Shown: piece by piece, positions 33,582-43,000 of the stretch
How the letters are laid out: every line of letters starts with the position of its first letter
Position numbering within the stretch: position 1 is the first letter of the stretch
Assembly (NCBI GenBank): GCA_964570585.1
Contig: CAZMYR010000003.1
Location: forward strand, 22,749 to 86,748
Direction: 5' to 3'
Source: an uncultured Planctomycetia bacterium
Lineage (GTDB): Bacteria; Omnitrophota; Gorgyraeia; JABMRG01; JAFGKX01
Length of the DNA: 64,000 nt
The notes under the pieces: model-generated
Seen by the model: only the letters and a program-made list of their open reading frames with translations
Databases searched by the model: none
Told to the model about the DNA's origin: nothing
Position numbers and translations under genes: made by a program

Positions 33582-34780
33582 TATTCCATTATCTCCGTAA
33601 CAACTCCTGCACCTACCGTCCTGCCGCCTTCTCTTATAGCAAACCTTAATTCTTTTTCCATGGCGATAGGCGTTATAAGAGATCCTTCTAAGGTTACGTT
33701 GTCACCCGGCATTACCATCTCAGTGCCTTCCGGAAGTTTTATTGTCCCGGTAACATCGGTGGTTCTAAAATAGAATTGGGGACGATAGCCGTTGAAGAAG
33801 GGGGTATGCCTTCCGCCTTCTTCTTTGCTTAACACATAAACCTTTGCTTTAAATTTAGTATGCGGGGTTATGGAACCTGGCTTGGCTAAGACCATACCTC
33901 TTTCTAGGTCTTTCTTTTCTACGCCACGAAGAAGTATTCCTACGTTGTCTCCGGCTTGACCTTCATCCAAGAGCTTCCTAAACATCTCAACCCCTGTGAC
34001 TACACTCTTTTTGGGGGCAGGACGCATACCTACTATCTCTATATCTTCGTTTATCTTGACTTTTCCTCTTTCTATTCTACCTGTTGCTACTGTGCCTCTT
34101 CCGGTTATGGAGAAGACATCTTCTATAGCCAAAAGGAAGGGCTTATCAATGTCTCTTTTTGGAGTAGGGATGTATTCATCCACTGCCTTTAAAAGCTCCA
34201 TGATTGGCTTGGTGGCTTCATTACCAGGGTCTCCCTCTGCTTCCATGGCTTTTAAAGCACTTCCTCTTATAATGGGGATTTTGTCTCCCGGAAATTCATA
34301 TTTTGAAAGAAGTTCCCGGACCTCAAGCTCTACTAAATCTAGGAGCTCAGGGTCATCAACCATATCTACCTTGTTTAAGAATACAACTATATATGGGACG
34401 TTTACCTGGCGGGCTAAGAGGATATGCTCTCTGGTCTGAGGCATAGGTCCATCAGCTGCTGATACCACCAAAATGGCGCCGTCAGCTTGAGCTGCTCCGG
34501 TAATCATGTTCTTAATGTAATCGGCATGCCCAGGGCAGTCTATGTGGGCATAATGGCGGTTTTCGGTTTCATATTCAACGTGGGCAATGGCTATTGTTAT
34601 TCCTCTTTCTTTTTCCTCTGGGGCATTGTCTATTGAGTCAAAAGTCCTGACATCAGCCATACCTTTTTTATTTAAGACCATAGTTATAGCCGACGTAAGA
34701 CAGGTCTTGCCATGGTCTACGTGGCCTATGGTACCGATGTTTACGTGTGGTTTACTCCTTACATATTTTTCCTTTGCCAT
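33581..34780 (-). CDS. tuf: elongation factor Tu, copy 2 (start trimmed to MAKEK)
   Basis: identical to copy 1 including the 5' leader. Confidence 0.95.
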   Translation of the reverse strand: MAKEKYVRSKPHVNIGTIGHVDHGKTCLTSAITMVLNKKGMADVRTFDSIDNAPEEKERGITIAIAHVEYETENRHYAHIDCPGHADYIKNMITGAAQADGAILVVSAADGPMPQTREHILLARQVNVPYIVVFLNKVDMVDDPELLDLVELEVRELLSKYEFPGDKIPIIRGSALKAMEAEGDPGNEATKPIMELLKAVDEYIPTPKRDIDKPFLLAIEDVFSITGRGTVATGRIERGKVKINEDIEIVGMRPAPKKSVVTGVEMFRKLLDEGQAGDNVGILLRGVEKKDLERGMVLAKPGSITPHTKFKAKVYVLSKEEGGRHTPFFNGYRPQFYFRTTDVTGTIKLPEGTEMVMPGDNVTLEGSLITPIAMEKELRFAIREGGRTVGAGVVTEIME

Positions 34781-34811
34781 TTTCTCCTCCTCTGTAGCGT
34801 GAGTTTTGCCC

Positions 34812-34832
34812 CTTTGCTTTCCCAAACGGTGC
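34812..34832 (-). promoter_or_regulatory. family C leader motif upstream of tuf copy 2
   Basis: identical to 18967-18987. Confidence 0.5.
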
Positions 34833-34897
34833 TTTCTTTATATATATGTAGTTATAATAAATCTTAAAAAAGACAAAACACTCCCTTACTTTGCTTC

Positions 34898-34952
34898 CAA
34901 TCCCCGTTTTCACGGGAACCGTTTTCATGGAGACAAGTTTTACGGGGATTGG
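34898..34952 (-). promoter_or_regulatory. 12-bp perfect hairpin CCAATCCCCGT...ACGGGGATTGG whose 3' arm includes the CCA end of tRNA-Thr; inner hairpin CCCGTTTTCACGGG
   Basis: read directly. Confidence 0.45.
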
Positions 34953-35025
34953 AGCCCATGACCAGGATTGAACTGGTGACCTCGTCCTTACCAAGGACGT
35001 GCTCTACCAACTGAGCTACATGGGC
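34950..35025 (-). tRNA. trnT: tRNA-Thr (anticodon GGU)
   Basis: hand-folded: GCCCATG acceptor, anticodon loop TTGGTAA, T-loop TTCAATC. Confidence 0.85.
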
Positions 35026-35116
35026 GATAAAAAGCCTTGCCTTTTGCTTTAAATCACTTCTGTCCCTAACTAAGGACGCTTTTATATATATGTTATATTA
35101 TGTAATGTGAGTGATA

Positions 35117-35144
35117 ATTATACCAAAAAAAGAATTCTTGTCAA
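35117..35144 (-). promoter_or_regulatory. sigma-70 type promoter TTGACA-16 nt-TATAAT upstream of tRNA-Thr and tuf
   Basis: perfect -35 and -10 hexamers on the minus strand. Confidence 0.6.
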
Positions 35145-35158
35145 GTGTTTTTTGAAAT

Positions 35159-37276
35159 TTATCCAGTTAAGCCTAAGGCGAAGGTATCTTTAAACTTATG
35201 GACCAATTTTTCTCTCAGCATTCTATGGCGGCAATTTTTCAAAGGAGGATCTTCTTTAATAAGCCTGAAGGCTTCTTTTCGAGCTTGTTCGAGAATTTCT
35301 ATATCCTGAGTTAAATTGGCAAGTTCAAGCTCTGGAATACCATGCTGTCTCCTGCCAAATACTTCGCCTGTTCCGCGGATAGCCATATCCTCTTCTGCGA
35401 TTTGAAAACCGTTATCGGTCTTCACCATCGCTTCTAATCTAGAGGTAGAGCTTTCGGTTTTAGGTTCTGACATCAATATACAATATGACTGAAAATTCCC
35501 TCTACCTATTCTCCCCCTCATCTGATGAAGTTGACTTAGTCCAAAACGTTCTGCATTTTCTATCATCATTACTGAAGCATTTGGAACATCTATGCCTACC
35601 TCTATGACTGTTGTGCATACCAATATATCTATCTTGCCTTTTTTAAAATCTGTCATTGTTTTTGTTTTTTCATCAGCCTTAAGCCTTCCGTGCATCAGGC
35701 CCAATTTAAAGTTACTAAATTTCCGCTGCAGCTTCTGATATAATCTTTTCGCTCCTTCAATCTGCAACTTGTCCGATTTTTCAATAACAGGGCAGACAAT
35801 ATAACCTTGCCTGTCTTTTTTGACTTCTTCCTTAAAAAAATCATATGCCTTTTCTTTCTGAGCAGGAGAAATTAAAAAAGTCTCGACGCGGCGAGGGCCA
35901 AAGGGTAACTCGTCAATTACAGATATGTCCATATCGCCGTATAGACTCATTGCCAAAGTCCTGGGTATAGGTGTTGCGCTCATAACCAATATATGGGGGT
36001 TAAGACCTCTCTTTTTAAATGTAGCTCTCTGCTGTACTCCAAACTTATGTTGTTCATCAATAATTACCAGACCTAAATCTTTAAATTTGATAGCTTCCTG
36101 TATCAAGGTATGGGTACCGATGATAACTTGCGCTTCTCCGGATTGGATAAGTCCAACTGTATCAGCCTTTTTCTCTTTCGGCATTTCGCTTATTAGCAAT
36201 ACAACTTCAACGCCAAGGGGAGTAAGTATTTTGCTTAAAGTCAGGTAATGCTGCCGAGCTAAAATTTCGGTCGGAACCATTATAACACCTTGATGATTAT
36301 TTTTTGCAGTTAATGCTAACGCATATGTTGAAACGGCAGTCTTACCTGAACCTACTTCTCCCTGGAGAAGTCTGTACATTGGTCTTTGGGAAAGCATATC
36401 TTTCTCTATCTGGTCAATCGCTTTAGTTTGTGCCTTTGTAAGAGTAAAGGTTAGAGCTTTGAAGAATTCTTTCTTAAACTCATCTGTAACTGTATGGGTT
36501 AGTGCATTTTTAGCGCTCTTAATTCTATAGCGTCTTAATGCCAGGGCCATCTGCAGGAAAATAAATTCATCAAAGACTAACCTGCGACGGGCTTCATTTT
36601 TTCCTCTTTCATTAAACGGAAAATGTATATTCAGGAGTGCTGATTTCAGGTCTAATAAACGATGTCTTGCGCGTATATCGACAGGGAGATGTTCCTGAAT
36701 ATAAGACGAATACTGGTCTAGGCAATTTTTAATTATACTCCGCAATCTCCTCTGATTTACACCCGAAACTAAAGGATAGATAGGGACTATTCTTCCTGTA
36801 TGTATTTTGTTAAATTTTTCTGACCCATCGCCTCCGTCTCCGGCGGAGTCAGAGGCGGATCCGCCTTTGGCGGATTTTATTATTTCATATTCCGGATGGA
36901 TAACTTGTAATTTGCCGCGTTTTTGTATTTTGCCGTACATTATAACCTTATCGCCTTTATCAAAGTATTTCTTCATATATGGCTGACTAAACCAGAGGGC
37001 GTATATAGTAGCTGTCTTATCTCCTATTGCAAGCTGAAATATAGCCTGACCTTTCTTTGTCCTGAATATACCAGAGGCGAGCACTTCTCCAATAAATGTC
37101 TGAGCTTCATCCGGTATTAATTGGGCAATAGGCTTTATGTTGCTTCTGTCTTCATATCGCCGGGGAGTATGGTATAGGCAGTCAGCTACAGTTGATATAT
37201 CCAGACGCTGCAAGATATTTTGTCGCCGGGGTCCGACCCCTTTTATGTATCTGGATGGGACTTTTTCGATGTTCAT
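35159..37276 (-). CDS. recG: ATP-dependent DNA helicase RecG
   Basis: 705 aa, wedge domain plus SF2 helicase motifs (GSGKT, DEQH). Confidence 0.9.
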   Translation of the reverse strand: MNIEKVPSRYIKGVGPRRQNILQRLDISTVADCLYHTPRRYEDRSNIKPIAQLIPDEAQTFIGEVLASGIFRTKKGQAIFQLAIGDKTATIYALWFSQPYMKKYFDKGDKVIMYGKIQKRGKLQVIHPEYEIIKSAKGGSASDSAGDGGDGSEKFNKIHTGRIVPIYPLVSGVNQRRLRSIIKNCLDQYSSYIQEHLPVDIRARHRLLDLKSALLNIHFPFNERGKNEARRRLVFDEFIFLQMALALRRYRIKSAKNALTHTVTDEFKKEFFKALTFTLTKAQTKAIDQIEKDMLSQRPMYRLLQGEVGSGKTAVSTYALALTAKNNHQGVIMVPTEILARQHYLTLSKILTPLGVEVVLLISEMPKEKKADTVGLIQSGEAQVIIGTHTLIQEAIKFKDLGLVIIDEQHKFGVQQRATFKKRGLNPHILVMSATPIPRTLAMSLYGDMDISVIDELPFGPRRVETFLISPAQKEKAYDFFKEEVKKDRQGYIVCPVIEKSDKLQIEGAKRLYQKLQRKFSNFKLGLMHGRLKADEKTKTMTDFKKGKIDILVCTTVIEVGIDVPNASVMMIENAERFGLSQLHQMRGRIGRGNFQSYCILMSEPKTESSTSRLEAMVKTDNGFQIAEEDMAIRGTGEVFGRRQHGIPELELANLTQDIEILEQARKEAFRLIKEDPPLKNCRHRMLREKLVHKFKDTFALGLTG

Positions 37277-37286
37277 TTTTCTACTT

Positions 37287-37368
37287 GCCCCGTTAGAAAT
37301 TATGTGATATTATAGTGCATTCTACATGCTATATTTTGTTTAGTATATAAAAAAATTTCTAACGGGGC
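37287..37368. repeat. 15-bp perfect inverted repeat GCCCCGTTAGAAATT...AATTTCTAACGGGGC (family I) flanking a 52-nt AT-rich spacer in the divergent recG/rpmB promoter region
   Basis: read directly; near-identical arms (CCCCGTTACAAATT) occur inside both pilin-like genes. Confidence 0.75.
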
Positions 37369-37407
37369 TTGCATATTAAATTATGCTATGTTATTATATC
37401 ACAGAAT

Positions 37408-37482
37408 GCACCGTTTGGGAAAGCAAAGTAGCAAATGTAGGGATTACGGGGACACTTGCCCCTTTGCTTTCCCAAACGGTGC
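37408..37482 (+). promoter_or_regulatory. 21-bp perfect hairpin made of two inverted family C motifs, immediately 5' of the rpmB RBS
   Basis: read directly. Confidence 0.55.
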
Positions 37483-37507
37483 TATTCTTGTAAAACAGGA
37501 GTGGAAA

Positions 37508-37735
37508 ATGTCAAGGGTTTGTCAAATATGCGGCAAAAGGCCATCTGCCGGTAGGTCTATGACTCGCCGAGGAATGGCTAAAAGGCTCGGAGGGGTGGGG
37601 CAAAAAATAGTTCGTTCAAATAAACGTAGATTTTTACCCAATCTTAAAAAAGTGAAAGTAATTGTTGGAAAGACGAAAAAGACTATGCGTGTCTGCACAG
37701 AGTGTATAAAGTCTGGCAGAGTTAAAAAAGCATAA
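37508..37735 (+). CDS. rpmB: 50S ribosomal protein L28 (start trimmed to MSRVCQICGK)
   Basis: matches the L28 N-terminus; AGGAGTGG RBS. Confidence 0.85.
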   Translation: MSRVCQICGKRPSAGRSMTRRGMAKRLGGVGQKIVRSNKRRFLPNLKKVKVIVGKTKKTMRVCTECIKSGRVKKA

Positions 37736-37742
37736 GCACAAC

Positions 37743-37885
37743 AAAAAATCCTAAATCCTAAACTCGAAATCCTAAACAAACCCAAAACTCTAAACCCAAA
37801 TGTTCAAAACAGATTGCATAACAATTATGTTTTGAGTTTTGTATTTTGAGTTTGTTTAGAGTTTAGGGTTTAGTGTTTAGGGTTT
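37743..37885. terminator. long imperfect palindrome built from CCTAAA/TTTAGG repeats; bidirectional terminator between convergent rpmB and otsB, right arm overlaps the otsB 3' end
   Basis: read directly. Confidence 0.5.
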
Positions 37886-38667
37886 ATGTCCGTTAATTTC
37901 TCTAGAAATCCAAACACCTCTTTTGTATCCGTCGCATAATATTCAGCGTTTGAAACTGTATTTTTTCCTCCCACAAAGATTGTAATGCCTTTCTTTTTCA
38001 ATCTCTTAAAAGCGCTTTCATCGGTCTCGTCATCGCCTAGATAAATAGGTAAAATCCTCCTACGCTTATTCTTTTTTCTTTTTAATAAATAATCGACGAG
38101 GCTGCCCTTGTCCCATTTAATTGGAGGGCGCACTTCGATTACTTTCTTACCGTTGGTTATTTTTACTTTTTTACTTTCAATATACGGAGTAAGTGTAGTA
38201 ATAACTGAATGTTTTAGTTTTTTTATTTTTGCTCCTTTTACCATACGGTAATGCACGCTTAAGGTAAGCCCTTTGTCTTCAATAAAGGCGCCAGGAATTT
38301 TTCTGCATGCTGTTTTCAGTTTGGAAAAAAGTGGTGCCAGCCGCGAGTTTTTTTTAAAAAACTTGTGCCTGGCACCACTTTTTCCATTTTCTATCTCCAA
38401 CCCATGATTACCAGCTAAAGCTATGCCTTTTATTTTTATCTTTTGTTTTAATTGCTTAATTGAACGACCGCTTATTATCGCTATAGAGAATTTAGGATTT
38501 TTCATTAATTTAAGCAGGATAGATTTTGATTCTTTCGGTAAATTCGCTAATTCGGGCTTTTTAACAATTGGGGCAAGGGTGCCGTCATAATCCAGGAAAA
38601 GGTATATGTGGGGAGTTCTATTTATTTCTGCAAAGATTTTTCTGGAGTGTCGGAAGAGATACTTCAT
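37870..38667 (-). CDS. otsB: trehalose-6-phosphate phosphatase (HAD family)
   Basis: DYDGTL motif, 265 aa. Confidence 0.8.
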   Translation of the reverse strand: MKYLFRHSRKIFAEINRTPHIYLFLDYDGTLAPIVKKPELANLPKESKSILLKLMKNPKFSIAIISGRSIKQLKQKIKIKGIALAGNHGLEIENGKSGARHKFFKKNSRLAPLFSKLKTACRKIPGAFIEDKGLTLSVHYRMVKGAKIKKLKHSVITTLTPYIESKKVKITNGKKVIEVRPPIKWDKGSLVDYLLKRKKNKRRRILPIYLGDDETDESAFKRLKKKGITIFVGGKNTVSNAEYYATDTKEVFGFLEKLTDINPKH

Positions 38668-38722
38668 TCTCTGGTTTCAGGTTGCAAACTTATAACTTAT
38701 TACCAAAAAGGTATTTCACTCT

Positions 38723-40201
38723 CTATTTCTGAATCTTTTTGATCTCAGATATGACCTTGCCTGCCCACTTATAGATATTATTTTCCTTAACAACACCGCG
38801 TAAAGTCTTCATTCTTCTGGTTCGCTCTGCCTTGGGAAGCTCTAAAGCCTGCTTTATCTTATCTGCAAAGTCATCTATATCGTATGGGTTTACAAATATC
38901 GCTTCTGATAACTCTCTGGCGGCACCCGTGAACCTGCTGAGTATCAATACCCCGTCTTCATCAATACGCGATGAGATAAATTCTTTTGAAACTAAATTCA
39001 TGCCATCATGTAAAGGGCTTACAATGCAGGCTCGGGCAAGTCTAAAAAACGCAAGAATTTGCTTCAAAGGCACATGCCTTCTCAATAGAATAACCGGCGA
39101 CCAATCCTCAGCCGAATATTTCCAGTTTATATCAGACATAAGGGCATTAATCCTGTCGTTTAAATTCTTATATTCTTGTATCTGGATACGGCTGAGTTCT
39201 CCGATCTGGATAAAAACTATTCTTTTGCGATATTCTGGATATTTTTCCAAAAATCTATCCAGCGCCAATAATCTCTCCGGGATACCTTTAGTATAATCTA
39301 ACCTGTCCAGTCCAAAAAGCACATAATCTACCTTTTCTAAACTAAACTCATTTATAATCTTCTGCATGGCCTTTTCAACTTCTTCTGTATCTGATATTTC
39401 GCATACGGCCCGGAAATCGGCACTAATAGGGAATGCCCTTATAAACGTCTCATGGCCATTATATATTACTGAGTATTTTTCTCTATCAATCCTGGCCTCT
39501 AATACTTTATCCACATTATCGAAAAAATTCTCACAATGATATCTTATATGAAAACCTAATAAATCATTACATAATAGAGCTTCTATAATCTCTCTCTGTT
39601 TTGGGCATATTCTAAAGACTTCCGAATTGGGCCAGGGGATATGCCATGAATGTATACATAAAACATCAGGGCGCCTTTTCTTTATCATCTGCGCTAAAAG
39701 GGTAAGATGAAAATCATGAATCCACACCACTGCCCTCCGCCCTTTTATCTCTTCCAATATAACATCGGCAAATCTCCGGTTTACCAATTTATAATAATTC
39801 CAGTCGTTTTCATTAAAGCTGGGCCTGGTATAGGTAAGATGGCAAAGGGGCCATAATGAACTGTTGGAGAAGCCAAAATAATAACCTTTCTCTTCTTCTT
39901 TATCGAGCCATATCCTCTTTAAAGTATAACTCGGATTATCAGACGGAACTTTAATGCAGTCATTTTTATCCACCACTTTTCTATCTCCTGAACCCCGGCC
40001 ATGAGCAACCCATAAACCGCCGCAAGCCTGCATAACAGGGTCAAGCGCAGTCGCTACTCCTCCTGTCGGGCGGTCACACTCTATTTTGCCTTCTTTTATT
40101 ACGTGGACATACGGCTCTCTATTAGCAGCTATGACCAGCATAGTGTCTTTGCCTAACACTTTAGCAACAGTATCTTTAAGTTGTTTTCTATCCCAGGTCA
40201 T
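38723..40201 (-). CDS. otsA: alpha,alpha-trehalose-phosphate synthase (GT20)
   Basis: 492 aa, conserved GT20 motifs. Confidence 0.85.
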   Translation of the reverse strand: MTWDRKQLKDTVAKVLGKDTMLVIAANREPYVHVIKEGKIECDRPTGGVATALDPVMQACGGLWVAHGRGSGDRKVVDKNDCIKVPSDNPSYTLKRIWLDKEEEKGYYFGFSNSSLWPLCHLTYTRPSFNENDWNYYKLVNRRFADVILEEIKGRRAVVWIHDFHLTLLAQMIKKRRPDVLCIHSWHIPWPNSEVFRICPKQREIIEALLCNDLLGFHIRYHCENFFDNVDKVLEARIDREKYSVIYNGHETFIRAFPISADFRAVCEISDTEEVEKAMQKIINEFSLEKVDYVLFGLDRLDYTKGIPERLLALDRFLEKYPEYRKRIVFIQIGELSRIQIQEYKNLNDRINALMSDINWKYSAEDWSPVILLRRHVPLKQILAFFRLARACIVSPLHDGMNLVSKEFISSRIDEDGVLILSRFTGAARELSEAIFVNPYDIDDFADKIKQALELPKAERTRRMKTLRGVVKENNIYKWAGKVISEIKKIQK

Positions 40202-41292
40202 TTGCCTTCCTTTGCTAAATATAATGTCTGGGTCGGATAAGCAAATTCAATGTCTCGGGCCTCGAATTCTTTCTTCATGGCAAAATTAATCTCTTGCTGA
40301 ATATCCATATATTTATTGTAGTCTCTGCTCATAACATAGTAGACAACTTCAAATACCAGATTGAAATCGCCATAGGAGGCAAAATGGGCACGGTCAAAGG
40401 TGGTATCCTTAACATTTTTTATAACATTTTCGATTATTCCCGGTATAACCTTCAACTTCTCGAGGGGAGTCTGATAGGTAACGCCAAGTTTAAAAACAAC
40501 CCTTCTTTTTCCCATCCTTTTATAGTTGCGCAACCGAGAATTGGTAAGGTCTTTATTAGAAAAGACTAATTGCTCTCCGCCAAGACTGCGTATACGGGTG
40601 GTCTTAATTCCAATATGCTCAATGGTTCCTAAATACTCTCCTATTATGATAAAATCTCCGATTTCAAACGGACGGTCAAACATTATAGCAAAATAACTAA
40701 ATAGATCTCCTAAAATTGCCTGAGCTGCTAAGGCTACTGCTACGCCTCCGATACCTAAACCGGCAACAACAGCTGATATTTTAAATCCTAAGTTGTCTAA
40801 GAAAAAGATAATAGCCAATCCCCATACAATTAGCTTTATTATTCTTAAAATCCCTTTTAAACTTCGCTCTAAACCTACATCTTTGCCTCTCTTTGTCCGG
40901 TAAATATCAAATCCGTAACCTATAAGAACTGTGGCTAAACGCGCTGCAAATAAGGTCAGAATAGCCATTCCTGTAATATCGATAATTTTTTTCAACAGAG
41001 GATCTAAATTTAGGATATTCACACTCAAATAGAAAGCGCCAAAATAGGCCAAAGGAAGAAGTATCTTTTGAATAAGCCCAACCAGAAAATCATCCAACGT
41101 TGTAGCAGTCTTTTCTGCCCATTTTTTTAAGCGCCTTAATATAAAGCACTGGAATATCTTAATAATGGCGAAACCTGCTAAAAGTATAAGAACGCATATT
41201 AAATAATCGGCAATACGATTTCCAAGAAACGCCTTTTCTATAATCTCCTGAAGCATTTTTATTCTCCTTTTACCGTAGGAGCCCCCCGACAA
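40198..41292 (-). CDS. mscS: small-conductance mechanosensitive channel (MscS family)
   Basis: 364 aa, TM helices plus conserved MscS beta domain; 4-nt overlap with otsA. Confidence 0.8.
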   Translation of the reverse strand: MSGGSYGKRRIKMLQEIIEKAFLGNRIADYLICVLILLAGFAIIKIFQCFILRRLKKWAEKTATTLDDFLVGLIQKILLPLAYFGAFYLSVNILNLDPLLKKIIDITGMAILTLFAARLATVLIGYGFDIYRTKRGKDVGLERSLKGILRIIKLIVWGLAIIFFLDNLGFKISAVVAGLGIGGVAVALAAQAILGDLFSYFAIMFDRPFEIGDFIIIGEYLGTIEHIGIKTTRIRSLGGEQLVFSNKDLTNSRLRNYKRMGKRRVVFKLGVTYQTPLEKLKVIPGIIENVIKNVKDTTFDRAHFASYGDFNLVFEVVYYVMSRDYNKYMDIQQEINFAMKKEFEARDIEFAYPTQTLYLAKEGK

Positions 41293-43000
41293 CCTTTGGT
41301 GTCGGGACTCCTACGTTAAGCCGTATGTCCTTAAGCTGCAACTGAATAGATTTTACCCCCTTGTATGTATTTAAACTGCAGGTATAAGCCAGATTGATAT
41401 CTTCGTCTGTAATATTAGCGGGGACATTATCTGCCATTCTAAAACCTTTTGCTTCACAAACTTTATCTCCATCAGTAACCCACATCTTTATAGAATCTCT
41501 ACCTATTATCTGTGGTGGTCTTTTAATTTTAAGTTTTTTAGTTGCAAAGACAGGACGAGGGTTTGCTGAACCAAAGGGTGCAAGTTGACTCATCTCTTTA
41601 AAAAATCTATCTGATAATGACTTAAACCCAATCTCCATATCTATCTCTACTGTTGGTATAAGGTCTTCTGCTTTAAGACAACTTTGAGCAATTTCGTTTA
41701 TAAGCCTTCTAAAATCTTCCAAATGACTCTTATGCATTGTTAGGCCTGCTGCATAACGATGCCCGCCAAAATTCTCTAAAAGGTGGCTGCATTTATCAAG
41801 TGCTTCGACAAGATGAAAATTTTTTATCGACCTGCCTGAACCCTTTGCAATCTTACCTTTGGTTGTCATAATCAATGCCGGCCGATGATACCTATCAACA
41901 AGCCTTGATGCAACTATACCTATAACTCCCGAATGCCAGTCTTCATTCTGCAAAACGATAATTTTGTCCTGTTTAAAGTCTATAGTCTGTTCTAACTTAG
42001 CGAGCGCCTGAGTTAAAGTCTGCTGCTCTAATTTCTGCCTGTTGCGGTTTTCTATATCCAGAGTCTCTGCCAATAAATCTGCTTCCTGAGAATTACCTGT
42101 AAGGAGCAGTTGCAAAGCTGTCTCTGCTGAACTTAATCTTCCTGCTGCATTTATGCGCGGCCCGAGAATATAGCCGACATAATGGGAGCTCATTTCCTTG
42201 CCTTTTAATCTTGCTACTGATATAAGGGCCTGCAATCCTTTCTTTTTGCTATTGGTTACTTGCTCAAGGCCGAATTTTGTCAATATTCTATTTTCATCTG
42301 TAAGGGGCACCACATCCGAAATAGTGCCCAAGCATACTAAATCAAGATGTTCATAAATAGAATCTGAATCAACGCCGCAAAGAGCAGATGCCAATTTAAA
42401 AGCTACTCCGACTCCGGCTAAATCTTTATATGGGTACTTGCAGCCTTTTTGTAAGGGGTTTAATATGCTAAATGCATCTGGTAAATCGCCTGAAGGCTGA
42501 TGATGGTCGGTTATAATAACATCTATTCCGGCGCTGTTAAGCTGTTTTGTTTGCTCTTTCGCCGTTATGCCACAATCTACGCTTATAAATAATTTTGTCT
42601 TTCTTATTATAGCAAGTTTAATAGCATTCTCACTTATTCCGAAACCTTCCATAATCCTATCGGGTATATAATGGTTAACCCTTGCCCCCATTTTTTTTAG
42701 CACAAGCTCAAGCAGCGCTGTTGCGCAAATTCCATCTACGTCATAATCGCCATGAATTAATATCTGTTCTTTTCTTTCTATGGCTTTTTTTATACGGGAT
42801 ACAGATTTGCGCATCCCATTCATTAAAAAGGGGTCTTTTAAGTTAAACAGGCTGGGTCTTAAAAATTCATAAGCGCTGCCGGGAGTATCTATGCCTCTGT
42901 TTAACAAAATCTGAGCTGTGATTCCGGATACAGAAAGCTCATCGGATAGAATCTTCTGTCTTTCTAAATCTGTTTTCTTAATAAGCCATTTCTTTATCAT
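41270..43000 (-). CDS. recJ: single-stranded-DNA-specific exonuclease RecJ (start trimmed to MIKKWL; overlaps secDF stop by 4 nt)
   Basis: DHH and DHHA1 motifs. Confidence 0.85.
   Translation of the reverse strand: MIKKWLIKKTDLERQKILSDELSVSGITAQILLNRGIDTPGSAYEFLRPSLFNLKDPFLMNGMRKSVSRIKKAIERKEQILIHGDYDVDGICATALLELVLKKMGARVNHYIPDRIMEGFGISENAIKLAIIRKTKLFISVDCGITAKEQTKQLNSAGIDVIITDHHQPSGDLPDAFSILNPLQKGCKYPYKDLAGVGVAFKLASALCGVDSDSIYEHLDLVCLGTISDVVPLTDENRILTKFGLEQVTNSKKKGLQALISVARLKGKEMSSHYVGYILGPRINAAGRLSSAETALQLLLTGNSQEADLLAETLDIENRNRQKLEQQTLTQALAKLEQTIDFKQDKIIVLQNEDWHSGVIGIVASRLVDRYHRPALIMTTKGKIAKGSGRSIKNFHLVEALDKCSHLLENFGGHRYAAGLTMHKSHLEDFRRLINEIAQSCLKAEDLIPTVEIDMEIGFKSLSDRFFKEMSQLAPFGSANPRPVFATKKLKIKRPPQIIGRDSIKMWVTDGDKVCEAKGFRMADNVPANITDEDINLAYTCSLNTYKGVKSIQLQLKDIRLNVGVPTPKVVGGLLR

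Noticed and set aside
37522-37785. 87-aa ORF antisense to rpmB
   Set aside because: Fully overlaps a well-conserved L28 gene on the opposite strand; no RBS.
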